Below, piece by piece: positions 26,301 to 38,300 of a stretch of DNA of 64,000 nucleotides; the stretch's first letter is position 1; every line of letters begins with the position of its first letter. Origin of the DNA: Lama guanicoe (taxonomy: Eukaryota); assembly GCA_013239625.1 (NCBI GenBank), contig MU053629.1, positions 3,561,567 to 3,625,566 on the forward strand, in the 5' to 3' direction. The notes beneath the pieces are model-generated. The model searched no databases, was not told the origin of the DNA, and worked only from the letters and a program-made list of their open reading frames with translations. Made by a program: the position numbers and the translations under genes.

Positions 26301-29300
26301 GCTCCAAAACCGCGTGCCTGGTACTGTTCAGGGCTTTCAGTAATACTGCTATAACGAAGAATCGTTATCTTCTGACCGTGTTTCTCCTGTGCCTTTATTA
26401 AATGCAGGATTACCTGGACAATTTCTGGCCTGATTTAAAGGCCGCCCACGAGCTGTGTGAGTCTATCCTTCAGTCTCGACGAGAAAGAGAGAATGAGAGT
26501 CAGGAGAGCCACGGGAAGGAGTACGCAGAGCATCTTCCCCTGGAAGTGCTAGAAGCCGGCATTAAATCCGGGCGCTATATCCAGGTGAGGGTGCTAACGG
26601 GGAGTCGGGCTGGGCCAGCCAGTGTGTCTCCTTCTCTTCCTTACTCGCCTCTGGTCACAGGCCTCTGATTTCAAAGGCTGTCAGCAAGATGCGTCTGAGT
26701 AAGCCAAGGCCAGGGGTGTTTAATGTGATGCGGGAGTCTTCCGTAGACACTGCCCTCCGGTTTGAAGCTAATCTCTAATGTTCTTAACTGGGTTACACAT
26801 TGAGCGGCACGCAAGTCGCCCTTCAGTGCCTCCTGTCAGTGGGAAAGAGAATATATTTTCCAGTCAAGTTCTGGAGGTTTGGCAAAATTGCAAAACTGGT
26901 GGAATTTGCCTTCTTCACTCCTTTGCCATTTCCCTGCCCCTTTCAAGGGCCCCTCTGTGTGATCCCCAAGGACCCAGGACCCAGATGCTGTTAGGGTCTT
27001 GAGAGGGAATCAGGATAACATTATTATTCAGATTTCAGCAGTTTTACACGCACTCCTGTGTGTGTGTCTGTGTGTGCACGTGCCGTTTTATCACGCGTGT
27101 AGCTTTGTGTATTCACCGCCACAGTCCAGATACAGGACTGTTCAACCATGGATTTTACATTTTTTAACAAGCAACTTAGACGATTTTTACCCAGGCTGAA
27201 GGTTGAGTGTATCACACTCCTGTCCATCCCTAAAGTGTGGGTGTTTTAAATGAGTGTATCTGTGGAGAAGCAAATGCTTCCAATTAGTAATGAAGTTGAC
27301 AGCATTCCTGGGAGGATGTTTTGAGGAAGAAGGGTTCTTAAAGACCACTTATCACTTAGGTAAGATAAATCCTGCTCCTTTCAACATTTGGTATAGCTGA
27401 GGGTTGTTCAAAATGATGGTCTGTCCTATGATGGACAGCCTAAATGTCCATCAACAGGTGACTGGATAAAGAAGAGGTGGTATATTTATACAGTGGAATA
27501 CTCCTCAGCCATAACAACCGACAACATAATGCCATTTGCAGCAACATGGATGATCCTAGAGAATGTCATTCTAAGTGAAGTAAGCCAGAAAGAGAAAGAA
27601 AAATACCATATGAGATCGCTCATATGTGGAATCTAAAAAACAAAAACAAAAACAAACAAGCAAACAAAAACAAAGCATAAAGACAGGACAGAAATAGACG
27701 CACGGACAGAGAATACAGACTTGTGGTTGCCAGGGGGGTGGAGGGCGGGAATGGATAGACTGGGATTTCAAAATTGTAGAATAGATAAACAAGATTACAC
27801 TGTATAGCACAGGGCAATATACACAAAATGTTATGGTAGCTCACAGAGAAAAAAATGTGACAATGAGTGTGTATATGTCCATGAATGACTGAAAAATTGT
27901 GCTGAACACTGGAATTTGACACAACATTGTAAAATGATTATAAATCAATAAAAAATGTTAAAAAAAAACACAAAATGATGGTCTGTTCTCTGGAGAAAAA
28001 AACCTTGGTGATGAATTATTATTATTATTGTTGTTGTTATTCCTAAAGAAAAGGATCACAGCCTTATAAGAATATTATGGGCATGTTTTCATAAAGGTTT
28101 TAAACTGTGCCTTTTGGAGGTTAAAGCAGGCAGAAAATCGTAAATCAGCTATACTTCAATTAAAAAAAAGAGGAGGCAGAAAAGAAATTTCTCACATTGA
28201 TTCTTATTATGATTTTAGGGAATTCTGAATGTCAACAAACACAGAGCACAAACAGAAGCTTTTGTTCGACTTCAAGGAGCCAGCAGTAAAGATTCAGGTT
28301 CAGTATAAATCTTACATAAATTTCCACACTGCTTTTTTATTCTGCTCTTCCACAGGGAAGAAAGCGAAGCTGAAATTGTCACAAGGTAACACACCGCGTC
28401 CGACATCCCCGCGCACACTGGGTGTGTGGGATCGTGGGTTGGTTTTGGCCTGCTAGCTTTTTGTCTGTAATTTCTGATTTTATGGTAATAAACTCTAAAA
28501 AATGATAATAACGAATATTTCATTGAGTGCTTACTGAACATCAAGTATTGTTGTAAGCACTTAATGTGGGTGTTATTCTAGTTTACCATCTTTTTCATGT
28601 GAGGAAGCTAAGAGAAGCAGAGTGACTTTTCCGGGATCACACAGCTGATAAACGGTGGGGCTGAACCCGCCGCCCGGGCAGGCTGGCCGGGATTTTAAGA
28701 CACTGCCCTCTGCTGCCTTAGTGAGCAATATTGCTTTATTGGAACCATTTTAAAAGGGACCCTGACAGTCAAGGGAGCCTGGTGAGGCTGAAGGCTTTCT
28801 CTGGGCCTTTGGTCCTCAGTGTCAGCCCCGACTGGCCTGCAGTCTCTGCGGTTCAGCAGCCTGCTGACCCCTCCTGCCTCCTGAAGGTGTGGGACAGCAT
28901 CCCAGCAGAGGCCGACATTGTCTCAGGCAGGAAACTGTTACCTGCCTTAAAAGATGACCGAGGGTGACCTTAGGAAAGCACATTATACCACGTAATGTGG
29001 AGGCAGTGTTTCTTCCCTTCCTCATCAGCGGAACAGAGAAGTTAGACTTCGCCTTTGGAGGGAGGAGGCTTTTACTTGTAGGAATGCTGATTCGATCTCA
29101 GAAATAGCATGTTTGCAGTGCCTCGCTGATATGACCTCCCCCCCCCCGTCTTTGGGGTTTCCCTGTGCTGCCCCAAACACAGATTTGATCAGTGACATCC
29201 TGATCCATGGGATGAAGGCTCGAAACCGCTCGATTCACGGAGACGTGGTAGTTGTCGAACTGCTCCCTAAAAATGAATGGAAAGGAAGGACCACCGCCCT

Positions 29301-32300
29301 GGGTGAGAGTGACAGTGATGACAAGGCCTCGGGCGAGGCCCCGAGTGAGCCCATGCCCACAGGTGAGCCAGCCAGCCAGTCATCCGCGTCATCCCCGAGG
29401 AATGCTTACCTTCCTTCTGAACAACCCAGAAATACTGCAGTTGTTAATAAGCCAGGTCGCCTCTTTTCCTACACTCTCAGTTTCCCCTCTCTGCAGGCTT
29501 ATTTTATTCTCATCAGCACCCAGACACGCTGTAATATCTCTCATCTGAAAGCAAAAGCAAAAGCAAAACCCTCTCGGTGCCCACATTTCCCTCCAGCTAC
29601 CGCCCTTTTCTGTGCTTCAGTTTACAGCAAGTCTCAGTGACACAGTTAACTCTGAGCTCTTTCTGCTTCCTTCCACCCATCCTCTCCCAAAGCCGCTACG
29701 GTCAGGCTCCCCCTCCCCCACCCCACCCCCCTCAAAAGAACCCTTGGCCTCTCGTCTCTTGTCAAGGTCACCAGTGACCTCACTGCCTCCAGCCCTCGGC
29801 ACCTGTAACCTGTTGGCAGCGTTTGGCTGACAGATCACTCCTCATCTTCGGCTTCTGGGTTCCTCTCCTCTGCTGGGTGCTTCTTCTCAGACCCTTTGCT
29901 GGTTCTCCCCTTCTTGGATTCGCTCATCTCCTCTGGGTCTCTTGTTCTCTACCCCCTCTCCCTGGGAGCCCCTGTTCAGTCCTCTGGCTTTATCTCTCCA
30001 GCCCAGACCCCTTCCCCAGCCTCCAGCTTTGTCTTCTCAGTTGCCTCTTTGGCCTCTTCCCCCGGATGTCTAGTGGGCACTTCTGACTGAACGTGCCTAA
30101 TAGCAGGCTCCTGCTTTCTACCCTCTACCTGCTTCCCGCCCAGTGTTCCCCCTCTCAACAAAGGGCAAGGTCATCCCTACAGTCAGCGGGTCAACCCAGA
30201 GACCTTGGAGTGATCCTTGACTTCTTTCACGCAGCAGCAGGTCCTGTCCTCTCTAGCTTTGATGTGTGGCCTGGATTCAGCCACTCCTGCTCTCCACCAC
30301 TTCTCTCCTGAGGTCAGTGCACAGGAGCCTCTTGGTGAGGGTCTCCCTGCTCCTGCCCTGCTCCCAGGTGGCCTTCTCCCCACGCAGGAGCCACAGTGGT
30401 CCTGTAACAATCTTTAGGTCCTGCCATGTCTCTCCTTCTGCCACAGGGACCAACTTGTCCTTTCTACCACCAGAAACGAGGTTCCCCAAACATCCTCCTT
30501 TCTTCACTTCAGATCTCTGCTCAGAAGTCACTTTATTTAGAATAGCTGCCACTCTGACCCTTTCTCACTCCTAGTCACCTTACCCTGCTCTGTGTCTTTC
30601 TCAGCAGTCATCACTACCTCACGTGGGTTTGTTCCCACCCCCACAGACACCCAGACTAGAATATAAACTCCAGGAAATCAGGGACATTGTTTTCACACAC
30701 CTGTCGTCCCTGCTAGAACATGACAAGGCCTCACTAAATTTTTGTGAAAAGATAGCACTTTGAACTAGTACATTTCTTGATGCTTAAGAGTGTTAGGTAT
30801 CAGATTTAGGATTCGTACACTTTTCTGTGTATAATGTTGGAACAAATGATTTTGGCTGGCGGGAAAATGCAAGAAAGACAGTGAAAATGCACAGAAGGCA
30901 GCGTGGGTTTAAAAAAGTGAAAAATCATTGACTTTTCCCGACATACCTAAACCTGAGATTAATAAGGTAAGGGCAAAGGAGAAAGTGGGACTAATGGGTT
31001 CTCAATGTCACACCAGGCCCCACTGAAGAAAGGGCATACTGACAATGACAATTAAAAAAAAAATCATCTGTCTTAAAAGAAATGATCCATCTTAATAAAA
31101 TGCTAGGAAGGCAAATATTTCAGCATCTCTCGACTTGTGTGGGGAAAATGGGATGTCGTATTTCCTGTTTCCCTCCTCACTGCTGCACTGGTGACATTTC
31201 CCCACTTCAAGCCTTATTGTGTTTCATTTCCCCAAAGGCAGAGTGGTGGGCATCCTTCAGAAGAACTGGCGGGATTACGTGGTGACATTTCCATCCAGAG
31301 AAGAAGTCCAATCTCAGGGCAAAAATGCTCAGAAAATCCTCGTTACTCCTTGGGATTACAGAATTCCCAAAATCCGAATCAGCACTCAGCAAGCAGAAGC
31401 CCTCCAGGTAGCTGACGACACCCCTCCGCGGTTTTCCTCTCGTCTTTGCCAGCTTTTGAGCAGGAAACGTTAACTGCTTTGCATCCGAGGGGATAAATTA
31501 TTGATGGCATCTGGCACCCCGAGATCCTGTTTTCTAAAAATTCTAAATATATAGAACCATCTATTAAGTAGTCCTTAGTTAATAAATGAAGGCCAGAGAG
31601 AAACCGTCCTAGAAAGAGCCGTGTAGGACAGCTAGAGAGGACATCCATTATCCAGCTGTCCGACACAGAAACTTTCAACAGATACACTTTGCCAACACTA
31701 ACAAGCTTTCTTCCAGCAAGCGATATAGAAATGCGATCACCCTGCCCTGTACGGATGATATAGTGATGCTTCGCAGAATCGATTATCCGTGCAGAAATAG
31801 AGCCCTGAAGAGAAGGCATAAACAAGAAAGTTGGAAATTAACCTTTACTGTGGTGGAGGGTGTAGGCATTGCCCGGTTGGATTTGCCCGATGTTTTGCAG
31901 TGTATAAATGAGGCACTGACATAGGACGTCTCCAGCCAGTAACCTGGTCGTCCTGTGCCTTTCACATCTCAAAGCTTCTTGCGGGCTCTCGGTGGCCACT
32001 TGCAACACTTGCTTTCCACGTCTATAGTTTGCTGGAGTTCGGAGGCAGTGGGGTTCAGTTCACACCGATACCTTCTTCCCCACCAAAAGATGTCTTAAGA
32101 AATCAGAGAGTAACTTCAAAGAAATTCGAAAGTAACTCCCACACACCCATGATTGAAATTTTTGTTTTGAAACTTAATTTGGGCTGGGCAGTAATTGGGT
32201 TTTTCCCTTGTGTTGCAAATGTTAACTCGAATTTGTTACAATTAGCTTTCTTTCACAAACCATGATTTCCAGGCCACTTATTTGACGTAGAGGTAATACC

Positions 32301-35300
32301 TCACTTCAAAGCATTGGGCTAAGCATTTGCCTACCATCAGGCAATTTAATAAAACAGGAAGAACCCCCCCCAAAAAAGAAAGAAAGAAAGAAAAAATGCT
32401 ATTTACAAATCAGCCGCTGTCTTTAGAGCTTAATGCTGTTTCTCTCTTGTTTGTTTGGTGCTGCTAATTGACCCACTTAACTCCCGGCTCTGGGCTCGCG
32501 TCCCCCCTCTTTGTGCAGGACTTCAGGGTGGTCGTGCGCATCGATTCCTGGGAGTCGACATCCGTGTATCCCAATGGACATTTCGTGCGTGTTCTAGGAA
32601 GAATCGGAGATTTGGAAGGGGAAATTGCAACCATCCTGGTGGAAAACAGTATTTCAGTTGCCCCTTTCTCAGAAGCTCAGGTCAGACTTCCCCAAGTCCT
32701 TCTGTCTGATGAAAGACGTTTTCTACTTTTTTTTTTTTTTGGCTTTTGTTGTTTATTTCATCATTAAGAAAGAAAACTCTGTGTACTCTCTAAAACCCAC
32801 TGTCTAAAACCACAAATTATAGGAGGGTGGGAGTATAGTTAGCTCAGTGGTAGAGCACGTGCTTAGCATGTTTGAGTTCCTGGGTTCAATCCCCAGTACC
32901 ACCATTAAAAATAATAATAACAAAACCACAGATAGTGGAAAAATCTCACTCCTCTTTACTCTGTGTTTGAGCCAGATGGAAGCAAGCTTCAAGTGCAGAG
33001 TTAGTTTCTTACAGCCTCACAGCTCTCAAATTTTTACATTTTCCAACTGTGCTTTAAAAAATGGTATATCTGTATGTTAGCGGCGGTGTACATCCATTCC
33101 CTGCAAGCACACGGTGCCGAGTTACAGACCCAACTGGGCTCCACTCCCTGTCATAATCATTCAACCAGATGCCTGCAGAAAGCTGCATGGAGCAGCTTCT
33201 TGAGTTCCATACATCTCTGCCCCATGGGCCAAACAATCATGCTCATTATGAAACAGTTTTTGTAACCTTTACAGAAAACAAAAATTCCACGAATGTAAAA
33301 CATCAGCTATTTTCATCACTTTATGATCTTTTAAAAGCCTTGTAAATCTTGGTTATTATTCTTGCATTGCTATATTCATAGTGCACTCATGCTATTTTCT
33401 GCTTCTTTCACTTAAAATTATTTCTACATATTGACATTGCCTACTTATTTTTAATAGTGATGGCGAATTACTCCATATTGATGGACTCTGGCTTGCTTGC
33501 GCATTCCTCAGTTGGTGGCCATTTGGGCTGTTTAATTTTTCAGTATTATAAAAAGCCCTACTTCAAACATTTTTGTAAATGTTGCTTTTTTCCCCCTTTT
33601 GATCATTTTCCTTATAATGTAATCCTGGAAGTGAGATTACCAAGTCAAAGGGCATAAAAAAGTTAAATAGCTTTTGCTATGTATTGGCAGATTGTCCTCC
33701 AGAAAAACTGGACCAGTTTGCATTGCCATCGAGAGCGTATGGGTGTTCTCTTTCTCATGTTAGTCTTTGACAGAACAGCAGGCTAGAAGAGTAAAATATT
33801 TTAGAATATTGTACGTTATTAAATTTTTATGTTTAACATTAGTATCTGGAAATTACTTGTTGATTTGTTTTGACAGCTTAGTGAAAACGTTAGAGTAAAA
33901 CACAGCAAGAGTTAGGCATTACAGGACTAGAATTCGTCCCTTTTAGCCTCCTTCACTGTGAAATGAATGGCTTACACAGGTAATAATGGAGAGAAAATGG
34001 CTTAGATTGGTCGTACTTAAATTATCTTTAAGGAATAAGCTTTTAATACTTGGGACGTGCCGATTTTTATCAGAGCTTGACTTGGATTAAAGGCTCAAGT
34101 ACATTTAAATACATGGCTCATTTGAAAATGGGGTAGATAGAGTACTTTTTTTTTCTTTTTTTTTAAGATGGAGGTACTGGGGATTGAACCCAGGGCCTTG
34201 TGCATGCTAAGAACACGCTGTACCACTGAGCTGTACGCATCCCAGACCCCACAGTATTATAGTCTTTATAAGCCACCCATTCATTCGTGCTCTAGCCCCC
34301 GCAACTAAAGAGGCAGTAAACACTCTGGAATGTTTCCTAAAGACTGTGAGGCCTTTAAGGGTATGGGGCTGTGTCTTTCTTATCGACTCATGGCCTTCCA
34401 GAGCCCAGCACAGCTCCTCACACATATTAGGCATCAAATAAATCAAAATTGCTCAAAAGAAGCAAACATAGCTTATGGGGTTTCCATGAGACCATGTTGA
34501 CAATGTGAGAGAGTGGATTTTTATAGGAAAGTCATGGTGTGTGAACTGCTGAACTGGGGGCCTCTTGTTGTACAGATGTGTGAGATGCCAGTAAACACAC
34601 CCGAAAATCCCTGGAAGGTGAGTTCTGAAGAGGAGCGAGAGCGTAAAGACCTGAGGAGAACCCATCTCGTGTTCAGCATTGACCCCAGAGGATGTGAAGA
34701 TGTGGACGACGCCCTCTCGGTCAGAGCCTTGGATAACGGCAGCCTGGAGCTCGGGGTCCACATTGCAGACGTGACGCACTTTGTGGCCCCACATTCTTAC
34801 ATTGATATTGAAGCTAGAACGAGGTAATGCTGCTGGAAATCAGCACCACGATTAGGTATATGTCACTGTGACATCTTCCATAACTGTCCTGGTTTCAGAT
34901 TTTCAAAACAAAGATTTCACAACTGGGGGCAATTCTGAAGATCCCTTCCAGGAAAAAAAAAAAAGTGAGGTCCACTTCCCCTTTTCCTTTAGAAAAATAG
35001 TACCTTGATCAATTTATCTTTCTCTTTTAACAGAAACCTTCTCCCACATTGTTTCCTTCTAAATTGAAATGGGTTCAGTTTTTCATGCGGTAATATGCTA
35101 TTTTATATAAATATTGGGTCATTACACTCTAATTTTTCTTATGCAGCTAAGGTACACACCAGTTCTTCTTTTTCTTTCATATGAATGGAAAAATATTCAG
35201 CCCGAAGCGGTATCACTTAGAAAAGTGGGGACATGGGAATAGCTTTATTACCCAGTCCGCTGCTCTCTATGAAAAAGCAACAGCCTCGGGGAGTTTGCGC

Positions 35301-38300
35301 TGACACTTCGGCCGATCGCCCGCTGCGGCCCGTGCCGTCAGCAATTCTGCCTCCCGCTGCTGAAGGTCATTACCCGCATGTGTGTCATTCACAGGGCCAC
35401 CACTTACTACCTAGCGGACCGTCGCTACGACATGCTGCCCTCCATCCTCAGCGCCGACGTGTGCTCCCTCCTGGGCGGAGTTGATAGGTGAGTTTGTTCA
35501 TTATTTTTATTGTCCGATCTTGGCCCTTCTGTGGTGCCTGGTGACTCTTGCTTCTGGCCTCTTTCTCCTCTTCTTTCTGTGCTATACAGTAGGTGTTTGT
35601 TGTTGGCCTTTGAAAGTCAGTTAAAGTCTAGGAACAAATGCATAACATTTTGTACATATGTGCTCCCTGATGGAGGCTGTTTTGCATGAGGATCATGAAC
35701 TTGAGCTTAAGGAGTTCTTCTCTATTTGTTGTGGTTAAAGTTTATATCTGCCTTTGACTAGGTCATAAAACTGTACAGCCCAAAATTCATAGGTTCCAAA
35801 AGATGTGTAGCGAAAGGCTCCCTCCTGCCACTTTCCCTCAGTTACCAATTTCTCATGCATTTTTCTAGATATAATACCGTAAAGAAAAAAACCCTCAGTT
35901 TTCCACCTTCCTACTTGGGAGAAAACCCCATTCTTCCCTGCTATGTCTTTCTTTCCTGTTAGCCTCCCTTGTCTTTACAGAGAACACGTTGTCTGGCACT
36001 TCTGGTCCCCAAATATATGGAGGTTTTTCTCCACACCAGGCAATTCTCTGCAACACCAGCTGGGTGTCCTACAATTTAGTTCAATTCTGACACTATCTAC
36101 CCAGAGACAGCATCAGGTTCAGTTAATCTGCTAGAGCAGCTCACAGGACTCGGGGAAACGGTTACATGTAAAGTCTGTGATGAAGGATGCAGATGAACAT
36201 CCAGATGGAAGAGATGCATGGGGCAAGGTATGTGGCACGGAGCACAGAGCTCCCATGTCCTCTCCAGGCCCAGCTGTGCCGCTCTGCCCAGCACCTCCAC
36301 GGGTTCACCGACCCAGAGGCTCTCCGAACCTCGCATTTTGGGGGTTTTATGGAGGCTTCATCACGTAGGCATGACTGATAAGTAACTCCATCTTCAGCCC
36401 TTCTCCCTTGTCAGGAGAAAGAGCGACAGGGCTGAAAGCTGCTAATCGTGCCCTGGTCTTTCCAGTGACCAGCCTCATCCAGCAGCCTCCAGGAGCCCAC
36501 CCTCAGTCTTCTTGTTAAAACAAGACACTCCTGCCTCCCAGGAAATTACAAGCGTTTCAGGAATAGAGGTCAGAGACCAAGTATTAGAACAAAGGATGCT
36601 CCTAGTGTTCTTATCACCCAGGAAATTACAAGGGTGTCAGGAGCCTGGGACAGAGACCAATATATGTTTTCTTTTATTTCACAAATACACCCATACACAC
36701 ACAAGCATATAGATATGTGGTCTCTCTTTGTTACACAAATGGTGACATCATATATACTGTTCAGCCCTTGCTTTTTTTTTTTTTTAACTTAATATATCTT
36801 GGAGATCATTTCATACTAATCACATTTACGGAAATTTGGATTGTTTCCAAACTTTTGCAATTATAAACAAAAATGTACTGAATTCCTTGGAATAAAAGTC
36901 ATTTCTCATTTTTAAAAGTACCGTATGTCTGGAAGATGAAGTCCTCGAAGTGGAATTTCTGTGTCAAAGGGTATATGCATTTGTATTTAGGTAGGTAATC
37001 ATCAAATCGCCCTCCATGGGGGTGACACCAATTAAATTCCCACCATCCGCACAGTATGTGGTATTTTCTTATCTTTGCCAATTTGATAGATGAAAATGGT
37101 ATCTTAGAGTGATTTTAACTGCATTTTTCCTACTATGATTAAAGTTAAACATTTTTTAATGTGTTTAAGTCATTTTCTTATTTTTTTATTGAAGTATATA
37201 GTCAGTTTACAATGTTGTGTCAATTTCTAACAGTCATTTTTTGTATCCTCATCTGTGAGCTATTTCTTGTTTCTTGCCCTTTTTCCCTTGTGTTCTTGAT
37301 CTATTAGAAATTGATTTATAAGAACTCTACGTATTAGAAAATTAGCCTTTTGTCTTTCATATGAGTTGCAAAAGTTGTGTGTATTTTTAAATAGAGTGAT
37401 TTGGTGGTAAAGTGGTTCTTAACTAAATGAACTTATTCATTTAACGCATTTAATTTAATTTCATATTTAATTCATAAGTGATTAACCCACCATCAAGACT
37501 GATACCTTAGTTCAGTGTCATCCTGGAGAGTTTGAAAAGCTTTGCCCTTTACTAGAGAGCCCAGTAGACTTGAGTCTACCAGTGTGTTGCTAAGTTCTAA
37601 CCAAAATGGAGAACTGTAGGGTAGGGCTTATAAATTACATGTGAACTCATTTCAGATTTGCTCAGAACTCAGCAGAACCTAGTCTAACCTTGTTTTAATT
37701 TTAAAATAGTTTTTTGATTTGGTAATAGTGTATTTGGGTTGAAACATCGAACCAGTAACCTGTAGCGATATCATTTCTGGCATTACATTTAGAATCTAGT
37801 TCTGCTTATTTCAAAAATGGAAGATTTAAATAATGACATCAGTGTGGCTGGTTTTTGTAGGTATGCTGTAAGCGTCATGTGGGAATTGGATAAAACCTCC
37901 TATGAAATTAAGAAAGTATGGTATGGCAGAACCATTATTCGATCAGCGTACAAACTGTTTTACGAAGCCGCCCAGGAACTACTGGACGGAAACGTCCATG
38001 TTGTTGATGATATTCCAGAATTCAGAGACTTGGATGAGAAGAGCCGACAAGCCAAGCTGGACGAGTTAGTGTGGGCGATCGGAAAGCTGACCGACATAGC
38101 CCGCCACGTCCGAGCCAAACGGGACCGCTGTGGAGCCCTGGAACTCGAAGGGGTGGAGGTTCGAGTCCAGCTAGATGAGAAGAAGAACATCCATGACCTC
38201 ATCCCCAAGCAGCCCCTGGAAGTCCACGAGACCGTGGCCGAGTGCATGATCCTGGCCAACCACTGGGTAGCCAGGAAGATTTGGGAGAGCTTCCCTCACC

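Noticed and set aside
29363..30574. Cluster of 60-100 aa ORFs after DIS3L exon 7
   Set aside because: They fall in pyrimidine-rich L2 sequence and resemble no protein I recognise.
31379..31825. 148-aa antisense ORF in DIS3L intron 8
   Set aside because: No recognisable domain, no poly(A) or TSD hallmarks of a retrocopy, and the length is compatible with chance. A tBLASTn search would settle it.
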